This document shows, piece after piece, positions 19,483-27,888 of a DNA stretch of 32,000 nt (position 1 is the first letter of the stretch; each line of letters opens with the position of its first letter). The stretch comes from Acaryochloridaceae cyanobacterium VAR_48_metabat_390 (GTDB taxonomy: Bacteria > Cyanobacteriota > Cyanobacteriia > Thermosynechococcales > Thermosynechococcaceae). Position numbers and translations under genes: made by a program. The notes under the pieces were generated by a model. The model saw only the letters and a program-made list of their open reading frames with translations, did not search any database and was not told where the DNA came from. Where the stretch lies: assembly GCA_031422435.1 (NCBI GenBank), contig JANPLU010000048.1, forward strand, positions 1 through 32,000, written 5' to 3'.

Positions 19483-19549
19483 CCAGATCTGTAACGATAT
19501 AGTGGACTATAGAACCCTATGTTTGTGTTGTAAGCGAGAAGCGCTGTGC
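19483..19549 (+). repeat. direct repeat copy B (about 67 nt), contains the GTG start of the radical-SAM gene
   Basis: ccAgatctgtaacgataTagtggactAtagaaccctatGtTtGtgttgtaagcgagaagCgctgtgc. It lies 884 nt downstream of copy A. Confidence 0.85.
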
Positions 19550-22158
19550 CTGTTGCCGTTGAATCCCTTCTGACTCCTGAAATCCTCAAACCCGCCCGTT
19601 ATTTAGGGAACGAGCTTGGTGCAGCCCATAAGCCGTGGGAACTTGCCTCAGTACGGTGGTCTTTGACCTATCCAGAAATTTATGAGGTGGGTGCATCTAA
19701 CTTAGGGCACATCATTCTCTACAACATCATTAATGCCCAGCCGCGCCAACTGTGCGATCGCGCTTACCTCCCTGCCCCAGACCTTTCGGCTAAACTGCGC
19801 GAGACGCAAACGCCATTGTTTGCAGTGGAATCTAAGCGATCGCTCCTAGACTTTGACATCTTGGGCTTTAGCCTCAGCTACGAACTAGGGGCGACCAACA
19901 TCTTAGAAATGCTCAGCCTTGCCCAAATCCCCCTGACCTGGCAAGAACGCGCCCAGGAACGTACCGATGGACGGCACTATCCCCTCATCTTTGCAGGTGG
20001 ACAAACCGCCACCTCCAACCCCGAACCCTATGCCGACTTCTTTGACTTTATTGCCCTTGGCGACGGCGAAGAACTGCTGCCCGAAATTGGCTTAGTTATT
20101 CAAGAAGGTAAAGCCGCAGGCTTAAGTCGCCGCGACCTGCTTTTGGACTTAGCCCAAGTCCCTGGCGTTTACGTCCCGCAGTTTTACGACATGGCAGTGG
20201 ACGGCTCCGTGCATCCCAACCATCCCGACGTGCCCAAACGCATTTTGCGACGGGTGGCGACACCCATTCCGGCCTACTCTATTGGCCTCGTGCCCTATAT
20301 CCAGACCGTACACGATCGCCTCGTGATCGAAATTCGGCGAGGCTGCACTAGGGGCTGTCGGTTCTGCCAGCCAGGGATGCTCACCCGCCCTGCGCGGGAT
20401 GTGGAGCCAGAGCAGGTGATTGAGGCCGTCGAAAAAGGGATGCGAGCCACGGGGTATAACGAGTTTTCGCTGTTGTCTTTAAGCTGCTCTGACTACCTTG
20501 CTCTGCCTGCGGTGGGCATGGAAATTAAAAACCGTCTCAAGGATGAAAATATTTCTCTTTCGCTGCCCAGCCAGCGGGTCGATCGCTTTGACGAAAACAT
20601 CGCCAACATCATTGGCGGCACCCGCAAAGGCGGACTCACCTTTGCCCCCGAAGCCGGAACCCAGCGGATGCGCGATATTGTCAACAAAGGGCTAACCAAC
20701 GAGGAGCTGTTACGCGGCATCAAGACCGCCCATGAGCAGGGTTGGGATAAGGTGAAGCTCTACTTTATGATTGGGCTTCCGGGCGAAACCGATGTGGATG
20801 TCATCGGCATTGCCGACACCATTCGCTGGCTGCGGCGCGAGTGCAGCACTGAAGGCCGACGACGGATGGACTTTAACGTCACCATTTCTAACTTCACCCC
20901 CAAACCCCATACGCCCTTTCAGTGGCACTCCGTTTCAACGAGCGAATTTAAGCGTAAGCAGGAGATTCTTCGCGCCGAATTCCGGTACGTCAAGGGCGTG
21001 AAGGTCAACTTTACCGACGTGCGAATTTCGGCAATGGAAGACTTTGTGGGACGGGGCGATCGCCGTCTTGCCCCCGTTGTCCGCCGCGCTTGGGAGCTGG
21101 GCGCAGGCATGGATTCCTGGTGGGAGAACCTAGACCAGGCTTTTGGAGCCTGGACCCAGGCCATTGATGAATCAGACCTGACCTGGAAATATCGCAAGGT
21201 CGAGAGCGGCGAGTGGAACGTGATGGATGAGGTGGAAACTCAGGACGATCCGTTTTCACCCAACGCTCGCCTAGATGACCCATTGCCCTGGGATCACATC
21301 GACACCGGAATTGACAAACAGTGGCTCAAAGACGATCTCCAGCGCGCCTTAGAAGCCGCCACAGTGCCAGACTGTTCCTTTGAGGGCTGCTCTCACTGCG
21401 GGGTGTGCAGCACAGATTTTGGTCACAACATTGTGATTGCGCCCCCAGCCATTCCGGCCTTTGCAGGAGAGTTTGTGCCCAATAAAACGCGGGTACAGCG
21501 GCTGCGGGTATGGTTTGGCAAGCACGGAGACATGGGCTTAGTTAGCCACCTTGACCTCATTCGGCTGTTTGACCGAGTCGTGCGCCGTGCCGAGATTCCC
21601 ATTGCCTTTACGGGTGGGTTCCATCCTGGCCCTCGCATTTCTCCTGCCAATGCGCTCTCTCTGGGCGCAACTGGCTCTGGTGAAATTGTCGATTTTGAAC
21701 TGACACGATCGCTAGAACCCGAAACGCTGCGCCAGCTTTTGTCAGCTCATCTGCCGGAAACCATTCCTATCTACCGCGTCATAGAAGTGCCCCTGGGCGA
21801 TCCGTCTGCAACCCAAGTGGTGTCTCAGGCAGAGTATCACCTCACCCTTAGGCTAGAAGACCCAGCCACTGAGGATTGGCAAGGTTGGGTGAGCGCCGTG
21901 CTGGCACAAACTGAAATTTGGTTTGAGCAGAAGGCCAAAAACGGCAAGATGAAGCAGATTAATTTGCGCGATCGCCTTCATGAGCTAACCCTTCTGCAAA
22001 CCACGCCAGAGGTGGTGCTGCACTACATCGGTATCTGTAGCAACGACGGAATGCTGCGCCCTGAACACCTTGCCTTTATGCTGGAATCGGTTTCTGGACA
22101 GTCTATTCAGCTCCAAAAGATTCACCGCGATCGCCTCATTTTGATCGACAGCCTCTAA
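19546..22158 (+). CDS. fused B12-binding-domain radical SAM protein (TIGR03960-like) plus DUF2344/TIGR03936-like C-terminal domain
   Basis: CTRGCRFC (CxxxCxxC) cluster motif, KPARYLGNE N-terminus, and a C-terminal RVWFGKHGDMGLVSHLDLIRLFDRVVRRA block. Confidence 0.88.
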   Translation: MPVAVESLLTPEILKPARYLGNELGAAHKPWELASVRWSLTYPEIYEVGASNLGHIILYNIINAQPRQLCDRAYLPAPDLSAKLRETQTPLFAVESKRSLLDFDILGFSLSYELGATNILEMLSLAQIPLTWQERAQERTDGRHYPLIFAGGQTATSNPEPYADFFDFIALGDGEELLPEIGLVIQEGKAAGLSRRDLLLDLAQVPGVYVPQFYDMAVDGSVHPNHPDVPKRILRRVATPIPAYSIGLVPYIQTVHDRLVIEIRRGCTRGCRFCQPGMLTRPARDVEPEQVIEAVEKGMRATGYNEFSLLSLSCSDYLALPAVGMEIKNRLKDENISLSLPSQRVDRFDENIANIIGGTRKGGLTFAPEAGTQRMRDIVNKGLTNEELLRGIKTAHEQGWDKVKLYFMIGLPGETDVDVIGIADTIRWLRRECSTEGRRRMDFNVTISNFTPKPHTPFQWHSVSTSEFKRKQEILRAEFRYVKGVKVNFTDVRISAMEDFVGRGDRRLAPVVRRAWELGAGMDSWWENLDQAFGAWTQAIDESDLTWKYRKVESGEWNVMDEVETQDDPFSPNARLDDPLPWDHIDTGIDKQWLKDDLQRALEAATVPDCSFEGCSHCGVCSTDFGHNIVIAPPAIPAFAGEFVPNKTRVQRLRVWFGKHGDMGLVSHLDLIRLFDRVVRRAEIPIAFTGGFHPGPRISPANALSLGATGSGEIVDFELTRSLEPETLRQLLSAHLPETIPIYRVIEVPLGDPSATQVVSQAEYHLTLRLEDPATEDWQGWVSAVLAQTEIWFEQKAKNGKMKQINLRDRLHELTLLQTTPEVVLHYIGICSNDGMLRPEHLAFMLESVSGQSIQLQKIHRDRLILIDSL

Positions 22159-22177
22159 ACCTCCATTGCGGTCACTT

Positions 22178-22212
22178 AACATAGCCCATAGATAAATTCT
22201 ATGGGCTATGTT
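22178..22212 (+). terminator. perfect 15-bp hairpin after the radical-SAM gene (terminator-like; also carries ATAG-N7-CTAT)
   Basis: aacatagcccataga-taaat-tctatgggctatgtt, followed by gtataaaa. It begins 20 nt after the stop codon. Confidence 0.6.
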
Positions 22213-22229
22213 GTATAAAAGAATAGAAT

Positions 22230-22254
22230 CTCAGGCTAGCGTTAGAAGCCTGAG
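22230..22254 (+). other. second hairpin (8-bp stem ctcaggct/agcctgag, 9-nt loop)
   Basis: Inverted repeat read directly from the sequence. Confidence 0.4.
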
Positions 22255-22340
22255 CCAGCAAAAGCGAGTCTTTATAAGTTATGCATTAAAGCCTCGATTT
22301 TGCTGAGATATAGAATTCACTTGCACAAGTGTCTATCTAA

Positions 22341-22355
22341 ATAGGAATCATCTAT
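22341..22355. promoter_or_regulatory. candidate LysR operator ATAG-N7-CTAT (T-N11-A) upstream of the LysR gene
   Basis: ataggaatcatctat lies 53-67 nt upstream of the GTG start. It overlaps a TATATA -10-like hexamer, and the adjacent ctatctaaatag is also palindromic. Confidence 0.45.
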
Positions 22356-22407
22356 ATACAATGGAACTAAGCAGCGATCGCAATAATATCCAAGGAGAAA
22401 GAATACT

Positions 22408-23343
22408 GTGAAGCAGGCTACCCTACATCAGCTCCAGGTCTTTGAGGCGATCGCCAAACACAGCAGCTTTACCAAAGCCGCAGAAGAGCTATATCTGACG
22501 CAGCCCACGGTTTCTCAGCAAATGAAGCAGCTCACAAAGGCGATCGGGATGCCGCTATTTGAGCAGCTTGGCAAGCGCCTTTACCTTACAGAAGCAGGCG
22601 AAGAAGTGCTTAAAAGCAGCCGCGATATTTCTACGCGGTTCTCAGATTTAGAGATGACCCTTGCCAACCTGCGCGGCATGAAGCAGGGCAAGCTCCGCAT
22701 TTCGGCTATCACAACCGCTAAATACTTTGTCCCCAGGCTGCTGGGGCCTTTTCGACAGCTTTACCCTGGCATCACCATTGCGTTTCAAGTGACCAATCGG
22801 CAGCAGGTACTAGATCGCTTAGAGCAGAATCTAGACGACCTCTACTTTATTGGGCAGCCTTCCAAAAGTGCAGATATTTGCGTGCGCCCCGTTATGGAAA
22901 ATCCGCTGGTGGTAGTGGCACCTCAGAATCATCCGTTGGCAAAAGCGGAATCCATTTCGCTTCAGCGCATGGCACAAGAGCCATTTATTATGCGGGAATC
23001 TGGCTCTGGTACGCGAATGGCGGTAGAAGACTTTTTTGCAGAAAACCACGTTGAAATGAATGTGGTGATGGAAATTGGCAGCAATGAGGCCATTAAGCAG
23101 GCGATCGTGGGAGGGTTGGGGATTTCGGTGCTGTCGCGTCATTCTCTAGCGCTAGAAGGGATTCATGGACCGCTGACTATTTTGAACGTAGAAGGCTTTC
23201 CGCTCCAGCGCCATTGGTATGTGATCTATCCCGAAAGTAAGCAGCTCTCTATCGTCGCTAAGACGTTCCTAGATTTTCTTTTTACAGAGGGTCGCCAAAT
23301 TGCGAAACAGGCCGATATGGACTTTGTTGCGTCTGAGCATTAG
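22408..23343 (+). CDS. ndhR: LysR-family (CbbR/RbcR-like) regulator, NdhR/CcmR candidate by context
   Basis: HTH LHQLQVFEAIAKHSSFTKAAEELYLTQPTVSQQMKQL. GTG start preceded by aaggag. It sits immediately upstream of ndhF3-ndhD3-cupA. Confidence 0.75.
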   Translation: MKQATLHQLQVFEAIAKHSSFTKAAEELYLTQPTVSQQMKQLTKAIGMPLFEQLGKRLYLTEAGEEVLKSSRDISTRFSDLEMTLANLRGMKQGKLRISAITTAKYFVPRLLGPFRQLYPGITIAFQVTNRQQVLDRLEQNLDDLYFIGQPSKSADICVRPVMENPLVVVAPQNHPLAKAESISLQRMAQEPFIMRESGSGTRMAVEDFFAENHVEMNVVMEIGSNEAIKQAIVGGLGISVLSRHSLALEGIHGPLTILNVEGFPLQRHWYVIYPESKQLSIVAKTFLDFLFTEGRQIAKQADMDFVASEH

Positions 23344-23552
23344 ATAGGCTTCTTCTGTTCTTGTCTTATTAAAAATTGATATAGTCTATGGCTTAAGAGA
23401 GCGAGCTTAGGGACTGAATGATCGCCCTCCTAGACTCATTTTCATTAAAGGACTGATATCTAAAAAGCGTTGTAAATTGATCCCTTCTTTCATAGCCTAT
23501 CTCTCCCACGATCAGGTACACATACTCTTTTTGAAGTCTTTCTAGACAAAAT

Positions 23553-23567
23553 ATAGGCTTTATCTAT
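23553..23567. promoter_or_regulatory. candidate LysR operator ATAG-N7-CTAT upstream of ndhF3
   Basis: ataggctttatctat lies about 86-100 nt upstream of the ndhF3 ATG. Downstream there are three ATAG-N8-nnAT half-degenerate sites (23598, 23612, 23630) and an inverted repeat gctttatctattg / caatagataaaac. Confidence 0.5.
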
Positions 23568-23652
23568 TGTTATCATACAAAATCTGGTCTTCAATCAATA
23601 GATAAAACACGATAGTCTTATCTCAATCCATAGATAAATGGGTATAGATTTG

Positions 23653-25497
23653 ATGCCGCAGTTTTGGATTGAAACAATTTGGTTAGTCCCGTGCTATTCC
23701 CTGTTAGGGGCAGCGCTAACCATTCCCTGGTCGCCAGGAATTTTGTCCCGTACAGGGCCACGGCCTGCGGGCTACATCAACCTGTTAATGACTTTTTGCT
23801 CCTTTTTACATAGTGCGATCGCCCTCTCCAAAATCTGGGGGCAACCCGCACAGCAGGTGTATTTCCCGTGGCTTCAGGTTGCCCACTTAGATTTGACCCT
23901 ACCCCTTGAAATTTCTGCGCTCTCCATTAGCGCCATGGTGCTGGTGACGGGGCTGAACTTTATGGCGCAGCTTTACGCCGTCGGCTACATGGAAATGGAC
24001 TGGGGCTGGGCGAGATTTTTTGGCTTTCTGGCCTTTTTTGAAGCGGGGATGTGCGCCCTAGTGCTGTGCAACTCCATCTTCTTTAGCTTCATGATTCTGG
24101 AGATTTTGACCCTTGGTACCTATGTATTGGTGGGGCTATGGTTTAGCCAGTCCCTCGTGGTGACAGGCGCACGCGATGCGTTTTTGACCAAACGGGTGGG
24201 TGACTTACTGCTGCTCATGGGGGTGCTGGCACTCTGGCCTATTGCGGGCACCTGGAATTTCACAGAACTCGCGCAATGGGCACAGAGTAATCCGGCACTG
24301 CCGCCAGGGACTGCCACCTTACTAGGGCTGGCCTTAATTGCAGGCCCTATGGGGAAGTGCGCTCAGTTTCCGCTTCATCTGTGGCTTGACGAAGCCATGG
24401 AAGGGCCGTTGCCCAGCACCATTTTGCGGAACTCGGTTGTGGTCGCCACCGGAGCCTGGGTTCTCATTAAGCTAGAGCCTGTATTGGCGCTTTCCCCTGT
24501 GGTGATGACCACCATGATTGGGATTGGTGCCGTTAGCGCCGTGGGCGGGACTTTGATTGCGATCGCCCAGATCGACATCAAACGCGCCCTGTCCTACAGC
24601 GTGACGGCCTATATGGGCTTGGTGTTTATTGCGGTAGGTACCCAGCAAAACGAAGCGGCGCTGCTGCTGGTGCTAATTCATGCGATCGCCATGGCGCTCT
24701 TAGTCATGAGTACCGGAACTATCGTCTGGTCTAACATCACCCAAGACCTCACTCAAATGGGTGGACTTTGGTCGCGCCGCCCCATTTCGGGCATCTCTTA
24801 CATCGTGGGCACCTTTGCCCTGATTGGCCTGCCACCCCTCGGCGGGTTTTGGGCATTGCTCAAGCTGCTGGATGGCTTATGGGGCACTCATCCTTTACTG
24901 GTTGTCGTGGTGCTGCTGGTCAATAGCCTAACGGCCTTTAGCCTCACCCGCAAATTTGGCCTGATCTTTGGCGGCAAGCCCACACCCATGACCGTCCGTG
25001 CCCCAGAAGTGCTGTGGCCGATGATCATTCCCATGACCTTGGCAATGGGGGTAGCGCTCCATTTACCGCTGATTTTGCAGACGCTTGACCTGCTGCCCGA
25101 TTGGGCAGTTCTCAATAAAGATGCGGCATTAGTTTTAACCTGGTCTAGCATTTTGGGCTTAAGCCTGGGTGCGGTGGTCTACCTTAACCCATCCATTCAA
25201 AAGCCCATCCAGCTTCCGGTTCAGTCGGTTCAAAAGCTATTGGCGGCAGATTTCTATACCCCTCAGATTTATCGTTCCACCATTGTGCTTGGGGTTGCAG
25301 TGCTCTCTCGCATTACGGACTGGATTGACCGCTTTATTGTGGATGGCTTTATTAACGCCATTGGGCTGGCCTCAATTTTAAGTGGGGAGAGCCTCAAATT
25401 CAGCAATACGGGTCAGTCACAGTCTTACCTTTTAACTATTGTGGTGGGCATTTCGGTGATCGGTCTAATGCTGGCTTGGTCTATTCTTCCTGGCTAA
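23653..25497 (+). CDS. ndhF3: NAD(P)H-quinone oxidoreductase subunit F, CO2-uptake paralogue
   Basis: NuoL/NdhF polytopic membrane protein. The context with ndhD, cupA, cupS and LysR indicates F3. The start at MPQFWIETIWLVP (23653) is preferred over 23638. Confidence 0.85.
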   Translation: MPQFWIETIWLVPCYSLLGAALTIPWSPGILSRTGPRPAGYINLLMTFCSFLHSAIALSKIWGQPAQQVYFPWLQVAHLDLTLPLEISALSISAMVLVTGLNFMAQLYAVGYMEMDWGWARFFGFLAFFEAGMCALVLCNSIFFSFMILEILTLGTYVLVGLWFSQSLVVTGARDAFLTKRVGDLLLLMGVLALWPIAGTWNFTELAQWAQSNPALPPGTATLLGLALIAGPMGKCAQFPLHLWLDEAMEGPLPSTILRNSVVVATGAWVLIKLEPVLALSPVVMTTMIGIGAVSAVGGTLIAIAQIDIKRALSYSVTAYMGLVFIAVGTQQNEAALLLVLIHAIAMALLVMSTGTIVWSNITQDLTQMGGLWSRRPISGISYIVGTFALIGLPPLGGFWALLKLLDGLWGTHPLLVVVVLLVNSLTAFSLTRKFGLIFGGKPTPMTVRAPEVLWPMIIPMTLAMGVALHLPLILQTLDLLPDWAVLNKDAALVLTWSSILGLSLGAVVYLNPSIQKPIQLPVQSVQKLLAADFYTPQIYRSTIVLGVAVLSRITDWIDRFIVDGFINAIGLASILSGESLKFSNTGQSQSYLLTIVVGISVIGLMLAWSILPG

Positions 25498-25537
25498 TTT
25501 TTTCGACTTGTTTTAGTAAAAGTGAGAGTTAAAACGA

Positions 25538-26251
25538 ATGAATAATGCTTCTTTAACATCTAAAGTTTCTCGTCGTCGTATGCTCCAATTTGGAGCAGGC
25601 GCGGTAGGTACGTCCGTCGCAGCCTCTACTTTAGGGCAAGTGTTTATGCCAACAGCTCCGGCGATCGCCCAAAGTAACATGACCCCCGATGAAGCGCTGC
25701 GTCAGCTCATGGAAGGCAACCAGCGCTTTGTTGCCCAAAAGCGAAAATCTCCTAACCAGGATGTGATTCGACTCAATGAAGTCGCAAAAGGTCAAAAGCC
25801 CTTTGCTGCCATTCTGGGGTGTGCCGACTCGCGGGTGCCTTCAGAAATTGTCTTTGACCAAGGTTTAGGCGATCTCTTTGTCTGTCGCATTGCAGGCAAT
25901 ATTGCCACTCCTCAACAAATTGGAAGCTTGGAATTCGGTTCTGCTGTGCTGGGAACCAAAGTCATTATGATCATGGGGCACGAGCGCTGTGGTGCTGTGG
26001 ACGCAACGCTCAAAGGAACTCCGGTTCCGGGGCAAATTGGTAGTTTATTAGATGCCATCAGGCCGTCTCTACCCCAATCTAAAGGTCTCCCTGGCGATCC
26101 TTTAGAAAATGCCGCTAAAGCCAATATTATCTACCAGGTTGAGAAGCTTAAAAAATCACCCGTCTTGGCTGAACTCATTACCGCAGGCAAGCTCAAGATT
26201 GTTGGAGGCTACTATGACCTCGATAAAGGAACGGTTGCTTTAGTGGGTTGA
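25538..26251 (+). CDS. beta-class carbonic anhydrase with twin-arginine (Tat) signal peptide
   Basis: Tat motif SRRRMLQFGAGAV followed by AIA-QS. Beta-CA zinc ligands are present in CADSR and HERCGAV. The gaps to ndhF3 and to ndhD3 are 40 and 43 nt. Confidence 0.9.
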   Translation: MNNASLTSKVSRRRMLQFGAGAVGTSVAASTLGQVFMPTAPAIAQSNMTPDEALRQLMEGNQRFVAQKRKSPNQDVIRLNEVAKGQKPFAAILGCADSRVPSEIVFDQGLGDLFVCRIAGNIATPQQIGSLEFGSAVLGTKVIMIMGHERCGAVDATLKGTPVPGQIGSLLDAIRPSLPQSKGLPGDPLENAAKANIIYQVEKLKKSPVLAELITAGKLKIVGGYYDLDKGTVALVG

Positions 26252-26294
26252 TGTTGAGTTGAGTGATTTGTGCCGTTGAGGTCAAGGGGTTGCA

Positions 26295-27857
26295 ATGTTG
26301 TTGAGTCTTTTAATTTGGCTACCCGTTTTGGGTGCAGCACTAATTGGGTTTTGGCCGCAGAACCTCTCAGAACAGTGGGTCAAACGGCTTGCCCTGATGG
26401 TCAGCACCGTCTTAGTCGGTCAGACCGTTTGGGTGATTAGCCAGTTTGACCTGTCTCAATCTGGCTTCCAGATGCGTGAAATTTTAGATTGGATTGAGCC
26501 ACTGGGCTTAAGCTACCACCTTGGGGTGGATGGTCTATCTTTGCCGCTGGTAGTGCTAAACAGCCTCTTGACCTGGACTGCTATTTATAGCAGCCCTGCT
26601 AAAACCATTCGTCCACGTCTATATTATGTGCTGGTGCTGCTGGTCAATGCAGGGGTGACGGGCGCGTTTTTGGCACAGAACCTGCTGCTGTTCTTTCTAT
26701 TTTATGAAGTCGAGCTGATTCCGCTCTATCTTCTAATTGCTGTGTGGGGTGGCGCTCAGCGCGGGTACGCAGCAACTAAGTTTTTAATTTATACGGCAGT
26801 CTCTGGCATTTTAATTTTGGCTGGCTTTCTAGGGTTGACCTGGCTGGGTCATGCCTCAAGCTTTGACTACGAGGCGGTCCAAACTGTGGTTAGCACTCTG
26901 CCCCTGGTGCTGCAAGTTCTACTGCTGGGCGTTTTGATTTTAGGCTTCGGCATTAAAACCCCCTTGGTGCCTTTACACACCTGGCTACCCGATGCCTATG
27001 TTGAAGCCTCTCCCCCTATTGCGATTTTGTTGGGTGGGGTATTAGCAAAGCTCGGCACCTATGGACTGTTTCGGTTTGGCCTAGGGCTGCTGCCAGAAGC
27101 CTGGAAAAGTATTGCGCCTTTGCTGGCTATATGGGCTGTGGTAATTGTGATGTATGGGGCACTGGCGGCGATCGCCCAGCACGACATCAAGCGCATGGTC
27201 GCCTATAGCTCCATCGGACACATGGGCTATGTATTGCTGGGCGGTGCAGCGCTGACAGAACTGAGCATCGTAGGTGCGGTATCTCAAATGGTTGCCCACG
27301 GCTTTATCTTGGCGCTGCTGTTTTATCTGGTTGGCATTATTGAGGCGAAAGTCGGCACCCGCGAATTATCAGCGCTGAATGGATTGATGAGTCCGGTGCG
27401 CGGTTTGCCCTTGGTGAGTGCCCTATTGGTTTTGGGCGGAATGGCAAGCGCAGGGATTCCAGGACTGGTTGGATTTATTGCAGAGTTTTTGGTTTTTCAA
27501 GGCAGCTACGCCGTGTTCTCCTGGCAAACGCTGCTTTGCGTCGTCGGGACAGGCTTTACCGCAGTCTACTTCGTTATTTTGCTCAACCGCACCTGTTTTG
27601 GACGTTTAGATAGCGCCTTAGCCTACTACCCTAAGGTGCTTTGGTCAGAGCGATTTCCCGCCCTGCTTTTAGCCGCTGTGATCCTATTTTTGGGAGTACA
27701 GCCTTACTGGCTTGTCCACTGGAGCGAACCAACTACGGCGGCAATGGCTCAAGTAGCGGCTGCCTATAAACCTTCGCCGAACGCGATGAGTGTGAAGGCA
27801 GTGGCTCAATCGCTCACGGACTTAACAGGGCGCGATTCTCTTTTGACGAACCTCTAA
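26295..27857 (+). CDS. ndhD3: NAD(P)H-quinone oxidoreductase subunit D (chain 4), CO2-uptake paralogue
   Basis: NuoM/NdhD family (HTWLPDAYVEASPP, AQHDIKRMVAYSSIGHMG). Assigned as D3 by context. Confidence 0.85.
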   Translation: MLLSLLIWLPVLGAALIGFWPQNLSEQWVKRLALMVSTVLVGQTVWVISQFDLSQSGFQMREILDWIEPLGLSYHLGVDGLSLPLVVLNSLLTWTAIYSSPAKTIRPRLYYVLVLLVNAGVTGAFLAQNLLLFFLFYEVELIPLYLLIAVWGGAQRGYAATKFLIYTAVSGILILAGFLGLTWLGHASSFDYEAVQTVVSTLPLVLQVLLLGVLILGFGIKTPLVPLHTWLPDAYVEASPPIAILLGGVLAKLGTYGLFRFGLGLLPEAWKSIAPLLAIWAVVIVMYGALAAIAQHDIKRMVAYSSIGHMGYVLLGGAALTELSIVGAVSQMVAHGFILALLFYLVGIIEAKVGTRELSALNGLMSPVRGLPLVSALLVLGGMASAGIPGLVGFIAEFLVFQGSYAVFSWQTLLCVVGTGFTAVYFVILLNRTCFGRLDSALAYYPKVLWSERFPALLLAAVILFLGVQPYWLVHWSEPTTAAMAQVAAAYKPSPNAMSVKAVAQSLTDLTGRDSLLTNL

Positions 27858-27888
27858 ATTAATGTTTTTGGTCAACATCTATAAAGAA

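Noticed and set aside
20493-21650. Cluster of 65-92-aa ORFs on both strands inside the radical-SAM gene (also 9003..9824, 5328..6358, 28268..29174, 30112..31059)
   Set aside because: These are Arg/Pro/Ser-rich antisense or out-of-frame ORFs, typical of GC-rich coding regions. Each is fully nested in a strongly supported gene.
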